Below are positions 25,053 to 34,806 of a stretch of DNA of 64,000 bases, piece by piece. The translations under genes were made by a program, and so were the position numbers. The number at the start of each line of letters is the position of its first letter. Within the stretch, counting starts at the first letter, position 1. The notes beneath the pieces were generated by a model. That model did no database searches and was not told where the DNA came from. It worked only from the letters and a program-made list of their open reading frames with translations. The stretch spans positions 186,001 to 250,000 of the IMG/VR virus record IMGVR_UViG_3300046513_000221; one strand, given 5' to 3'.

Positions 25053-26030
25053 ATGAAGAAAACACTTAAAGACACCTACGTCTACAAGGTGCTGGGCCTC
25101 GACAACACCGTCGCGGCTTGCGCCAAGATCAACGCCGAGTTGGACTCCCGCCGCGTCACCGGCGACCGACTCGATGCGATCCTGAACGACATCAAGTTCA
25201 AGATCAACTACCCGACCAAGATCCGCATCATGGACGAACTGAAGAACGGCACCATCGTCTTCGTCGATGAGCCGGAAGCCAATGCCCTCCCGGCATGGCT
25301 CTACGGCAGTGCGGGTGGTCAGGTGCGCGCCGTGGTCAACCTGTTCGGCAAGGTCCGCACCGGACGCGACGGCCAGATGCAGTTCAACGTGCGCGAGGTC
25401 TTCGCTCTGGCGCAGATCGGCTTCACCATCAAGGAGTTCTACCTGAAGGAGAAGGCGGTCACCCAAAACATGATGATGTCGAAGCTGGCAGTGGTCATCT
25501 ACGAGCGCATGATCTACCGCGTTCTGGACACTCTGTACTCGCTGGACATCGGCCCCGCGTGGCTGCGCACTCAGGTCAAGCTGGAGATCCGCTTCTTCGC
25601 AACGCAGTACCTGCTGGAGAAGCCGGACGACGACGCGATCTACAAGTTCGTGGCGATGGACCTCGCCAAGGCGCTGGGTACCTCCCCTGAGCAGCTGATC
25701 GCACAGGTCGCGTCCAGCAAGACCGAAGGCGATCCGGTCGATCCGGCAACCGGCATGTTCGTGAAGTACTCCAGCATCCCGAACCTGATCAAGCACCTGC
25801 AGAACGCCAATCCGATCCTGAAGGATCTGGATACGACGACCTTCCTGCGCAAGTACATCATGATGTATGGCGAGAAGGCTCTGCTGATGCTGGAGAGCTA
25901 CTCGTACTTCTTGGCACTCATCATGAGCGTCACGCTGTCGGGTAACATCGTCAAGGACTTCGGTCTGGAGGCGGTGGTCGGTAAGGAGGGCGTGTCGATG
26001 TACAACACGTTCTTCGATCTGACTCGATAA
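25053..26030 (+). CDS. Conserved jumbo-phage protein, probably virion-associated
   Basis: Co-transcribed with 23132; strong codon bias. Confidence 0.55.
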   Translation: MKKTLKDTYVYKVLGLDNTVAACAKINAELDSRRVTGDRLDAILNDIKFKINYPTKIRIMDELKNGTIVFVDEPEANALPAWLYGSAGGQVRAVVNLFGKVRTGRDGQMQFNVREVFALAQIGFTIKEFYLKEKAVTQNMMMSKLAVVIYERMIYRVLDTLYSLDIGPAWLRTQVKLEIRFFATQYLLEKPDDDAIYKFVAMDLAKALGTSPEQLIAQVASSKTEGDPVDPATGMFVKYSSIPNLIKHLQNANPILKDLDTTTFLRKYIMMYGEKALLMLESYSYFLALIMSVTLSGNIVKDFGLEAVVGKEGVSMYNTFFDLTR

Positions 26031-26070
26031 AAGAAACCCCATACCCTTTGCGGGGTATGGGGATCTTCTT
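26030..26070. terminator. Bidirectional terminator
   Basis: CCCCATACCC / GGGTATGGGG; loop region CCCTTTGCGGGG shared with 27829 (reverse) and 50113. Confidence 0.8.
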
Positions 26071-26257
26071 ACTTCTTCTCGGTGACGGCAGCGCCTTCGC
26101 CCTTTTTCACCTTCTCGGCGTCGGTGGCGTTTTTGCTCGCATCGGTCTCGCCCTTCTTGAACTTGTCGTCCTTCAAGGCATCTGGCAGCTTCCCTTCGGA
26201 CAGCAGCTCTTCCATCAACAGTTTAACAGACATCATTTCCTCGCGGGGTGGTTTCAA
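26069..26257 (-). CDS. Small charged hypothetical protein
   Basis: Likely starts at MSVKLLMEE after GAGGA; contains LSE. Confidence 0.5.
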   Translation of the reverse strand: MKPPREEMMSVKLLMEELLSEGKLPDALKDDKFKKGETDASKNATDAEKVKKGEGAAVTEKK

Positions 26258-26334
26258 CTAACGTCGTGTTCTCACGAAAAAAAAAAGAAGGTGCCCGTAC
26301 CCCTCGTGAGGGTACGGAGCCTTATTCAGTGGTG

Positions 26335-26664
26335 CTACACCGAGTGCATGCGATGTTCGTCTTCTTGGGCGCGTTTCTCAAGGTGTCTGGTGAACTTGTG
26401 CGCGGTGCGGATCTCGATCTTCTGGAAGAACGGAGTCTTACGCAGCTTGCGGTTCAGTAGTACGGAGAGGATCAAGGCGATCAGCATCAGAGGGATGCCG
26501 ATGCACGCGGATATCGTTGCCCACATGATAACCGCGAAGAGGCTGTTGGCGATGTTGAACGAGTTGATCGACGTAATCAGCCTCGGGAAAACCGACACCA
26601 TTATGGATGGTACACCGAAAGCGCCAATGATGGCGATCACCACAGAAATGATAATACCTTGCAT
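26335..26664 (-). CDS. Small membrane protein
   Basis: AGGAG RBS; 2-3 hydrophobic helices, basic C-terminus. Confidence 0.7.
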   Translation of the reverse strand: MQGIIISVVIAIIGAFGVPSIMVSVFPRLITSINSFNIANSLFAVIMWATISACIGIPLMLIALILSVLLNRKLRKTPFFQKIEIRTAHKFTRHLEKRAQEDEHRMHSV

Positions 26665-26771
26665 TTGAAGCTCCTATCGATAGTTTGAATGAAGACTAAA
26701 TGAGGGACGATTCCCTCTTCAGTTCACAAGAATCATATATCCTTGAGCAGGATTCAGATTCGATTTTCGCC

Positions 26772-26784
26772 AACACTCACATAG
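26772..26784 (+). promoter_or_regulatory. Putative late promoter AACA-N6-TAG
   Basis: AACA CTCACA TAG upstream of the 26805-PAAR operon. Confidence 0.65.
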
Positions 26785-26804
26785 TCAAACACACAGGAGT
26801 GCGC

Positions 26805-27335
26805 ATGAAGCAACTCGTAACCAAAGCGGCCCTCTGGCTGCAGCGGATGATCATCAAATCCAAGATGCGGATCAACCAGAGCCTCTCTATCTCGGACTTC
26901 CTCGTGGCGATCTCGGACCACCGGCTCGCCAAGGCCATGACCGAGCGGAACGAGCTTATCATTGTCGAGGTACCCCGTAACGTGGTATTTCGTGGGGTAA
27001 ACAACATAGTTTTCGAGGATAACGTCCGGATCCATTCGGAGGCCAACATGGTCGTCACCGCCTTCGAAAAGATCAGCATTAATCCACCAGAGCTGAGGGG
27101 TGACACCTTCTTCACTCAGGAGCAGCTGGGCGATTACTTCAAGGAACTGACTGCCAAGGTGAAGGCTCTTGAGCACGCTCTGGCCAACCAGCCTAAGCAC
27201 CAGTGCTGCGCTCCTCCCAAGGCTCCGGCCCTTCCGATCCCGGCAGTGAAACCTTTCAAGCCGAAGCACAAGCAGAAGGTGAAATCGCGGTATTCCCACT
27301 CAGCAGAGTACCCAAAACAACGTCAAGGAGCTTAA
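26805..27335 (+). CDS. Hypothetical protein upstream of PAAR (spike-associated?)
   Basis: AGGAG RBS at ATG 26805; short beta-strand repeats. Confidence 0.6.
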   Translation: MKQLVTKAALWLQRMIIKSKMRINQSLSISDFLVAISDHRLAKAMTERNELIIVEVPRNVVFRGVNNIVFEDNVRIHSEANMVVTAFEKISINPPELRGDTFFTQEQLGDYFKELTAKVKALEHALANQPKHQCCAPPKAPALPIPAVKPFKPKHKQKVKSRYSHSAEYPKQRQGA

Positions 27336-27608
27336 ATGTCAGCAGCAGCAGTAAGACTTGGCGACAAGTGCAGCGGCCACGGCCCGTTCTCCCCTCGCCC
27401 ATCGACCGAGGGAAGTCCCAAGACGATAGTCAACAACAAGCCGGTGGTCCGCGTTGGTGATGCTTGGGCCAACCACCCACACCCCGGAAAGCAAGCCTCC
27501 GGATCCCCGACTGTCTTCGCTGAAGGAAAGGCGATAGCCCGTGTTGGCGATAACATCGACTGCGGCTCCAAGTCCTCCAACGGAAGCCCGGACGTATTCA
27601 TAGGATAG
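27336..27608 (+). CDS. PAAR spike-tip protein (T4 gp5.4-like)
   Basis: AAVRLGD.CSGHG..PRP..EGSP...N.KPV.RVGD...H...GSPTVF.EGK.IARVGD.IDCG...GSPDVFIG. Confidence 0.95.
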   Translation: MSAAAVRLGDKCSGHGPFSPRPSTEGSPKTIVNNKPVVRVGDAWANHPHPGKQASGSPTVFAEGKAIARVGDNIDCGSKSSNGSPDVFIG

Positions 27609-27611
27609 ACC

Positions 27612-27812
27612 ATGTACAAAAACGAAGAGGGACACGTAGTCCAGTGGACAAAGTTCAGCGAATCCAAGCCCGAAGAGGGACAACACATCCTCTTCCGGGA
27701 GGAGCGCGAACGCTGCGAGATGTACCCCGATGGCTGGGCCAAAGGGACTGGTCACTACTACGCTGAAGACGCCTCCGATTGGAATGGCGAGTGGATGGAG
27801 TGGCCTCGGTAA
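27612..27812 (+). CDS. Small Trp-rich hypothetical protein
   Basis: AGGA RBS; W...SE..P motif. Confidence 0.6.
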   Translation: MYKNEEGHVVQWTKFSESKPEEGQHILFREERERCEMYPDGWAKGTGHYYAEDASDWNGEWMEWPR

Positions 27813-27856
27813 AAAAAAAGATCCATAGCCCCGCAAAGGGCTATGGATTCTTCATT
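27812..27856. terminator. Bidirectional terminator
   Basis: ATCCATAGCCC / GGGCTATGGAT. Confidence 0.8.
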
Positions 27857-28203
27857 TACTTCGCGTTGCGACGAGCGGAAATGCACATGATGCTGCGGAC
27901 ATCGAACTCAGCGCCGTGCTTCCAGTGACGGAACTCGGCTGGAACGTCCTCCATGATCTCGTAGACACGCTTGATGTCGTTGTTCACCATGTAGTAGCGC
28001 ACCAGAGCAATCACCTTTGGCGTGCCGGACAGACGACTGTACATGATCTCCATGTCATTGTGACGCGCCTCGGTCTGGTAGGTGTGGTAATCGCTGGTGA
28101 AGTCTGCCCACTCCTCGCTGCTCACCACCTTGAAGCCGCCGTGCATCAGCGTCTTCTTCGATTGCTCTTCAAAATTTACCGGGCTGGTTGGATCGATGTT
28201 CAT
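27856..28203 (-). CDS. Hypothetical protein
   Basis: AAGGAG RBS. Confidence 0.7.
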   Translation of the reverse strand: MNIDPTSPVNFEEQSKKTLMHGGFKVVSSEEWADFTSDYHTYQTEARHNDMEIMYSRLSGTPKVIALVRYYMVNNDIKRVYEIMEDVPAEFRHWKHGAEFDVRSIMCISARRNAK

Positions 28204-28212
28204 TGTAACTCC

Positions 28213-29463
28213 TTATGCAAGCATGAGACGCAGCTTCTTACGCTGGTCGATATCGAGGAACTTGTTTGCTTCAGTCAGATTGGCTATCATCTTGGCACGA
28301 TAGTCATCTGCGTTCTTCCCCGCTCGAACTTTATTCTTTGGAACCAGACCATACAACTCGTACAGCTCGTCCTCATCGTCCGAGTAGACGAAACTGAACG
28401 CAACGGTAAGGTGCTGCAGGAAGTTCAGGTGATCCAGATTGGCACCGGACTCGGTCAGGAGTTGAACGACGATGTCGAGATTCTTGCGAGCGTCCGACTT
28501 CAGTTCAGTCTTCATTCCCGAGAAGAATGCTCTGAAGTGGTCTGGACCCGGATCATTCATCGAATTAGATCCGAAGGAGAAGTATGCTGGCAGCACCCCA
28601 GCCTCCGCGATCGCATAGACGCCGTAGGTCTTTACGACCGACGTCATCATGTATTTGCGAGTATGGCGGCTCTTGACACTCGAAACGTTCTTCAGAGTGA
28701 AAGACTCCAATGGGATCTCGCGGACGTACATACTGAGGTAAGTCTCCAGCATCTGGACAGCTACCGCGTGCGAATGCTTGCCGTCCTTATTGAAGTCATT
28801 GCAATCCTTGAAGAAAGTCTCGGCGTCCATGTCAAGACGCTTTGGACCCTCGATGATTGGATCCATCAAAAGCTGCGGTGCAACTATGTCGATCACATCG
28901 TCCTGAAAGCCGCTCTCCCGGAGGAACGCATTCTCCTCGACCATCATCTTCTTGGTGAAGCTGTTGGGGAAAGAATCTCCGTATCCGGGTCTCGTGGCAC
29001 TGCCGACGATGACCATGTCCTTCCAATCTACAATGAGTTTGTCCAGCCGGATGTATCCTTCGGCATCCTCAAATACCACATGTTTGAGAAACTTGAAGGA
29101 GCTCATGACGCTGCTCGTGTCGCACAGCCTGTTACCCTTCATGTCCGGGATCAAGATCTCCTCGAAGATGTGCTCGATCACCATGCTGTTTGTCAGCGCC
29201 TTCTCGTAGACTTTCGATGAAAGCTTCGCGAACAGAGCCTGCACCGGATCGATAGGGGTGTAGTACCGCTTGTGATCGGAGGTCGGAGGGAACTTGGCCT
29301 CCATGACGAGACGAATGATGTCGTGTTCCACCAGCGTCTCCACCGAAAAGGAGCGCACCGCGCTCTCCAGCACAGCCAGTCGCTTCCAACCGCTGTCGCC
29401 AAACAGCTCGACACACGCAGCGACTTCTTCAGGCTTGCATGGAAGTTTTTTGCGAGGCTTCAA
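28213..29463 (-). CDS. Hypothetical protein
   Basis: 416-aa ORF (TTG start), no motif recognised. Confidence 0.7.
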   Translation of the reverse strand: MKPRKKLPCKPEEVAACVELFGDSGWKRLAVLESAVRSFSVETLVEHDIIRLVMEAKFPPTSDHKRYYTPIDPVQALFAKLSSKVYEKALTNSMVIEHIFEEILIPDMKGNRLCDTSSVMSSFKFLKHVVFEDAEGYIRLDKLIVDWKDMVIVGSATRPGYGDSFPNSFTKKMMVEENAFLRESGFQDDVIDIVAPQLLMDPIIEGPKRLDMDAETFFKDCNDFNKDGKHSHAVAVQMLETYLSMYVREIPLESFTLKNVSSVKSRHTRKYMMTSVVKTYGVYAIAEAGVLPAYFSFGSNSMNDPGPDHFRAFFSGMKTELKSDARKNLDIVVQLLTESGANLDHLNFLQHLTVAFSFVYSDDEDELYELYGLVPKNKVRAGKNADDYRAKMIANLTEANKFLDIDQRKKLRLMLA

Positions 29464-29579
29464 GGCGAGGACAGTCAGGTTCTTACTGATTTCTTTTCAT
29501 CTTCAATGAATTTTGCGGTATTCATAGTCCGTTCAATCAAAAATAACCCATAGACCTTTTGGCCTATGGGTTGGTTACA

Positions 29580-31646
29580 TTACTCTTCGTCGCCGCGTTC
29601 ATCCTGCAGCGTTTCGAGGGCTTCTTCCTCCATCCCCTCGTTCTCCATCGTGATACCGATACCAGAGAAGTACGAGCGAATCACCTGTGCGGCATTCGTG
29701 ATCGTGTTCTCGGTGTCGGTGCCGATGTTGACGCGGTTGATGTTCTGGATGTCGTTGCGCAGCAGCTTGACGATCTGGTTCCGGCGCTCCACGTTGTGCG
29801 AGGAGTAGTGACGCAGGAAGTTCACGATCGGCTTGGAACCTTCTGGGCCGTTGGACAGCATCAGCATGTTGAACGTCTCCTGCTCGCCGAAGCGGATCGG
29901 AGACGAGTTGTTCATCGCGGTACCCTTCTTGTACTGCTCGTTGCTCTTGAACGGAACGTTGAGCAGACTGATCTGACCAGCCGAGCGAACGGAGAACTTC
30001 GACGCGGCCTCGTGCTTCAGCTGAATGAAGTACATGTCGCCGAGGATCTGCGCCTGAAGCAAGCCCTCGAATTTGAGCTTGTTGATGCCGAAGTGGTTAT
30101 ACAGGTTCGACATGATCTGCGGCGTGGCGTTCTCGAAGAAGGGAGGCTGATGGATGTACAGACCCTTCTCGAAGACGGCCTCGCAGTAAGCGTCGATGAA
30201 CTCGTCGGAGTCCGGCTGCGTATCGGCGAACTCCAGCAGCTCGGTACGCTGCAGCGGGTTCAGGATCTCGAAGAACTCCAGAATCGCGTTGAAGAGCCAG
30301 TAATTGCGCTCCAATACCACGCTCTTCGCCTTGAGGATGATCTCGTTGGCGATGAAGTTCAGCTCCTGCTCGAACAGCTGTGCGATGTTCATACGCCCGG
30401 TGACGCCGAGCGGATTCAGCACCACATCCGGGATGCGACCGTCTGCCGTGCGCGGCATCTGGTCATCCGGGATGATGGCGGAGATAACGCCCTTGTTGCC
30501 GTAGCGACCGGTGATCTTCGAACCGATGTAGATGCCGTGGTCCTTGCGGATTTTGAAGCGCAGCACAGCACCCTCGAACTCGGAGCGATCCTGACTGAAC
30601 TTGATGCCCGAGTTGTAGTCCTTGGCCTTCTGGAACAGGAAGCCGACATCGTCGCGCAGGGTCCAGCCGTTCTCTTTGAACTGAGTGATCATGTCCTCCA
30701 GTTCCTGATACTTGGCCTTGTTGTGCTCGATCAGGACGCGGATCGGCTCGTTGAAGGTGTAAGCCAGATCCTTCTCAGCGAAGTTGCTGAAGACCTCGAT
30801 GTCCTCGATGACGCCGTCGAAGAAGAAGCAGGTGTCGGTGCGCTCGATGGTCGCGCCGTTCTCCTTGAAGTCGTTCAGGATCGAACTGTAGTTGATCCGG
30901 CGACGGGCCGCGAGGATGCCGCCCTTGATCTTCTGACCGACCGTCGGGAACGGCTGGTGACGACCCTTGTCGCCGTACAGGTTCAGCAGAACGTCGTTGT
31001 TGTTGACGACGATGTCGGCTTCGGTCACGGAGGTGTGACTGAACTTTTTAGCACCCGACGCACTGAGTGGGATGCCGTCTTCGAAGGTCAGACCGTCTTT
31101 CGCGAGAAACAGCACGTTCAGGTTGACGCCGTACTTCAGATTCAGGCCGTCGTCGTACATGTTGGTGCGCTCCAGCAGCGTTCCGGCCTCCAGAGTATCC
31201 CCGAACTCCATCTCGGGCATTTTCCGTACGTTTTTGTGCCCATAGTTCTCGGTCAGGCGCGACACGGAGGTGTGGTGGAAGACGCCCACGGACTCGTCGC
31301 CGTACAGGAAGAAGTGGTACGCGTTGTTCTCGTTGAACTCCACGGTGCCAATGAAGGTGGCGTCCTCGGTCAACTGGGTGTAGCCCATGCCGTGCGAGTA
31401 CTTACCGACCTGATTCTCGAAGCGGCTGAAGACCTTCGGGATCTCTCCCTCGTTCAGCGTCAGTGCCTGACCGATCTGGCCGGTGAACATGTTCAGGCGC
31501 GAGCCATCACATTTGTTGACGTTTGGAGTGAGGACGTCCTCACCCAAGAAGTAATGGGGTGGTCTTTCCGTCACCACCTCGACGGCCTTAGCGGTTGCGG
31601 TCTTCTTGATGACCTTGGCTGCTTCGGTTGGTTTCTTCTTTGCCAT
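29580..31646 (-). CDS. rpoB: Non-virion RNA polymerase beta subunit, C-terminal part
   Basis: SR..MF, FEDGI, GILAARR, IGSKITGRYGNKGVIS, LNPLGV.GRMN, YF.QLKH, PIRFGEQE. Confidence 0.93.
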   Translation of the reverse strand: MAKKKPTEAAKVIKKTATAKAVEVVTERPPHYFLGEDVLTPNVNKCDGSRLNMFTGQIGQALTLNEGEIPKVFSRFENQVGKYSHGMGYTQLTEDATFIGTVEFNENNAYHFFLYGDESVGVFHHTSVSRLTENYGHKNVRKMPEMEFGDTLEAGTLLERTNMYDDGLNLKYGVNLNVLFLAKDGLTFEDGIPLSASGAKKFSHTSVTEADIVVNNNDVLLNLYGDKGRHQPFPTVGQKIKGGILAARRRINYSSILNDFKENGATIERTDTCFFFDGVIEDIEVFSNFAEKDLAYTFNEPIRVLIEHNKAKYQELEDMITQFKENGWTLRDDVGFLFQKAKDYNSGIKFSQDRSEFEGAVLRFKIRKDHGIYIGSKITGRYGNKGVISAIIPDDQMPRTADGRIPDVVLNPLGVTGRMNIAQLFEQELNFIANEIILKAKSVVLERNYWLFNAILEFFEILNPLQRTELLEFADTQPDSDEFIDAYCEAVFEKGLYIHQPPFFENATPQIMSNLYNHFGINKLKFEGLLQAQILGDMYFIQLKHEAASKFSVRSAGQISLLNVPFKSNEQYKKGTAMNNSSPIRFGEQETFNMLMLSNGPEGSKPIVNFLRHYSSHNVERRNQIVKLLRNDIQNINRVNIGTDTENTITNAAQVIRSYFSGIGITMENEGMEEEALETLQDERGDEE

Positions 31647-31655
31647 GTGTGTTTC

Positions 31656-31952
31656 CTAGATGCGAAGCGATTTTGGTGGCAGCACCATGAGTGCCTCTGC
31701 CTTGAACGTGGTAGCGAACTCGGCGTACGGCTCTCCGCGCCGGTGCTTGCTGTCCTTCTTCCAGTAGATGATGCGATCCCTGTGCTCTGTCGGCGAGAAC
31801 CCCTTGATGCGGAAAGTGACGTTCTCGCGAGTGACGTAGTACTTCTCGGTCTCGCGGATGATGTCCGCTATGAAGACCTTAGGGGTACCGTCTACCGGCG
31901 AGTTGTACTCAGTGATCTTGAGGAACCGAGCTTTTTGTTGTTGTTGGACCAT
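31656..31952 (-). CDS. Hypothetical protein
   Basis: Co-oriented between recA and rpoB. Confidence 0.65.
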   Translation of the reverse strand: MVQQQQKARFLKITEYNSPVDGTPKVFIADIIRETEKYYVTRENVTFRIKGFSPTEHRDRIIYWKKDSKHRRGEPYAEFATTFKAEALMVLPPKSLRI

Positions 31953-32008
31953 ACAAAATTTCCCAAATGAAATGGGGTACGACCGTTGTGATCGTACCCC
32001 AGTTTACG

Positions 32009-33229
32009 TTACTCTTCGAACTCTTCGGTCAAGCTGTTGCGGTCAACCGCTTCGGCGGTCGAGGCACCATTCTTGGCTTCGAGGATCGTGCCCATTTTCT
32101 CGGCGATGTAGGTGTTCCAGCTTTCTTGGAAGTCACCGTCGCCGTTGTACAGGGTCAGGAAGTCCTTCTGAGCGAAGGTGTGTTCCGGTGCCGGAGCGAT
32201 GTAGAACTTCTGACCCTGCTTCTTCAGCACACCCAGCGTGTCCTTGATGTGGTAGTAGTTCGTCAGCGCGTTGTGGAAGCCCAGCTTGCCGTGGTAGAAC
32301 AGCGGGGCCGACAGCTTGTTGTAGCCCGAGCGGGTCTTCAGGAAGTTGCAATAGACCAGACGGCCTTGGATGCCCAGATCCTTGTCGTCCTTATACTCCT
32401 TACCGGCCTTCAGCTTGAAGACGAACGACGCCATGTAGACGAACTTGTTACCGCCCGAGATGTTCTCGTCCTCGCCCAGACCCGGCAGCTGGATCTTCTT
32501 CTCGGCGTACGGGTTGATGGTGATCTTGGTCGTGATGTGACCGATCGCCATGATGGTGATGTTGTAAGCTTCCAGCAGGTGCTCGACGCCCATCAGGAAC
32601 GCGGAGTTGCCCTTGGCGATCGTTGCTGCGACCATGTTGGAGTCCATGTCGGCCTTCTCCAGCAGCTCTTTGTTGCGCATCGCGGCGACGGAGTCGATGA
32701 TCAGGATGGTCGGCGGATAGATCTTGCAAGGCTTGCCTTCCAGCGTGTACCAGTCCAGCAGCTCGCTCGGCGGGAGGTTGCGCTTGTGCTCGGCGATCTC
32801 GAACAGCTGCTTCTTCAGGAACTCGACGGTCATGTCTTCTTGGTTGAAGACGGTGAAGGTGTTGTCGTATTCTTCGTCCGTGCAGCCGGTCAGGTTCTTG
32901 ACGCGGGAGCGTGGATCGGTCGATGAACGCTCGAAGTCGGCGAGGATCACGTCGCCGTTCATCGGGTGCGCCATGTTCCATGCTGCTTGGATCAGAATGG
33001 TGGTCTTACCGGACTGCGAGTGGCCGACTGCCATGTGGATCTTGCCCATCGGCAGACCGATGTTGTAGAACTCTTCGTTGTCAGCGAGGTTGGTCGCGAC
33101 GGTACCGCAGTTGTAGTCGATCAGGTCGATGCCGGTGGCGACGAACATGGTTTCGGACACGGAACCCGGAGCCTGTTTCTTGATGATGTCGGCCTTGGTA
33201 CCTTTGATTTGCTTGTTCAGAATGCCCAT
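32009..33229 (-). CDS. recA: RecA/UvsX-like recombinase
   Basis: TGIDLIDY, Walker A GHSQSGKTT, DFE, IIDSVAAM, GG..FVYMAS, KTRSG. Confidence 0.9.
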   Translation of the reverse strand: MGILNKQIKGTKADIIKKQAPGSVSETMFVATGIDLIDYNCGTVATNLADNEEFYNIGLPMGKIHMAVGHSQSGKTTILIQAAWNMAHPMNGDVILADFERSSTDPRSRVKNLTGCTDEEYDNTFTVFNQEDMTVEFLKKQLFEIAEHKRNLPPSELLDWYTLEGKPCKIYPPTILIIDSVAAMRNKELLEKADMDSNMVAATIAKGNSAFLMGVEHLLEAYNITIMAIGHITTKITINPYAEKKIQLPGLGEDENISGGNKFVYMASFVFKLKAGKEYKDDKDLGIQGRLVYCNFLKTRSGYNKLSAPLFYHGKLGFHNALTNYYHIKDTLGVLKKQGQKFYIAPAPEHTFAQKDFLTLYNGDGDFQESWNTYIAEKMGTILEAKNGASTAEAVDRNSLTEEFEE

Positions 33230-33278
33230 TGATTACTTTCAAACTTGAGGTTGCTGGGAGTCGGATGATTCCCGTAAA

Positions 33279-33289
33279 GATAATATATT
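33279..33289 (-). promoter_or_regulatory. Putative early promoter for the recA-rpoB operon
   Basis: + strand GATAATATATT. Confidence 0.6.
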
Positions 33290-33308
33290 CACTACCGACC
33301 GGCTGAAG

Positions 33309-33818
33309 TTAGCCGATGATGCGGGTAGCGGACCAGCGGGTGGCGCTGCGCAGCGAGATCTCGAAGATCGGTTGCTGCAGGAAGCGATCCTGCGTCTCGT
33401 TGAAGATCTGGATGCCCATCAGGAATGAAAGGTTCGGCTGCTTGCCGATCTTCTCCAGATTACCCTTCAGGAAGGTCAGAACCGGATTCATCAGGTAATC
33501 CGCCTCGGCGTCACGGATGTCACCGTTGGCGGCAGCGGTGGTGCGGTTCACGCAGCGTTGCGGCTGGTTGTTGGAACCGTCCCACGCCGCCACGAAGGAG
33601 ACGTGAGCAGCGATCAGGTCGCCGCGCTCGGTGATGAAGCGTTTGAAGACTTCCGGGTCACCGAAGGCCGTCATCACGACATCCGAGTTGATGTCGTGGA
33701 CGTAGCGACCGAGCGCGCTGTGGTCACCGAACAGGGCGTTCTGCGCCTTGCAGTAGCCGTCCAGCACTTTACTTGCTGCCACGGAAGCGTTCGATGCGTT
33801 TGCCTTTGATTGGTCCAT
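33309..33818 (-). CDS. Hypothetical protein
   Basis: Codon bias; ATG 33818 chosen. Confidence 0.65.
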   Translation of the reverse strand: MDQSKANASNASVAASKVLDGYCKAQNALFGDHSALGRYVHDINSDVVMTAFGDPEVFKRFITERGDLIAAHVSFVAAWDGSNNQPQRCVNRTTAAANGDIRDAEADYLMNPVLTFLKGNLEKIGKQPNLSFLMGIQIFNETQDRFLQQPIFEISLRSATRWSATRIIG

Positions 33819-34743
33819 TGTCGTCTTTCCAGAAGAGGTGTTTATTGGTGTTTCCACCGGCTGCAGCCTTGTGACCACCGCCGTTGAAGTGCTTTTCTGC
33901 AATCTTTGCTACATCCACCGGACCATCTTTGAGGGTACGCAGACTCAGGTAGTAGCGCTCCTTGTCAGTGTCGTAAACCCAGATGATCGCGAGGTCGTAC
34001 TTTGCGCAGAGTCGATTGCCCAGCTCAGACGCAAACATGTTGTCGGCACCTACCGTCGCAACGGTGAAGCCGTCGATCTCGCCGACGACCAGTGTCTTGT
34101 TGTTCAGCAGCTCTTCGATCTGGTTGTTGAAGAGACGCAGTTGAGCCTCACCCTCGCGAATGAACTCTTTGTAGAAGTCATCGATGTTGAAAGACTCGAC
34201 GAGTCTGTCCCAGCAGTCGAAGTCCATTGGCTGCGAGGCGATGTTGATCATGAATTTCTTAGTATCTTCCAGATGGAAGTTCCAAAGGTCACGATCCTGA
34301 ACGTGGTCCACCAGACGCTTCAGACCCACCAGTGTCGCCGCGACTGCGGGACTGTGAGCAATGAAGCGATCCCAAGACAGACCGGCACCGGACTTCTTGC
34401 CGTCCAGACGCAGGTACAGCTTGCCGACGATGTCGTTCTCTTCAGCCAGTAGCCTCTGCACACCAGCCATGCGCTTGAACGCTGGCTCGTGGTGGTCGAT
34501 GACATGCACTTCGGCACCGAGTGCCGCCGTCATCCAGAGCAGTTGTTCGTCGTTGTACGAGAAGTCGAGGACATAGACCGTGGTGTCCTTGTCGATCTTG
34601 TCGTACGGCGGAGGATGCCCGTAGAAGACTGGCAGGATCGTGACGTTGTCGATTTGGCCGCAATTCTTCAGGCCTTGTCTGGCAACATACGCTGAACAGA
34701 AACCGTCGAAGCAGTTTCCATGGTACAGTATGAGGTATTTCAT
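33769..34743 (-). CDS. DHH/DHHA1 family phosphoesterase (NrnA-like)
   Basis: YH.NC.DG, LDFS, IDHH, SGAGLSW, DRDLW, GGGHKAAAG. Confidence 0.9.
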   Translation of the reverse strand: MKYLILYHGNCFDGFCSAYVARQGLKNCGQIDNVTILPVFYGHPPPYDKIDKDTTVYVLDFSYNDEQLLWMTAALGAEVHVIDHHEPAFKRMAGVQRLLAEENDIVGKLYLRLDGKKSGAGLSWDRFIAHSPAVAATLVGLKRLVDHVQDRDLWNFHLEDTKKFMINIASQPMDFDCWDRLVESFNIDDFYKEFIREGEAQLRLFNNQIEELLNNKTLVVGEIDGFTVATVGADNMFASELGNRLCAKYDLAIIWVYDTDKERYYLSLRTLKDGPVDVAKIAEKHFNGGGHKAAAGGNTNKHLFWKDDNGPIKGKRIERFRGSK

Positions 34744-34806
34744 GATGTCAGTAATGAAAAGTTACGATTTTCAGGAGGATCGCATTTTCGTGATCCTTGG
34801 ATTTTC

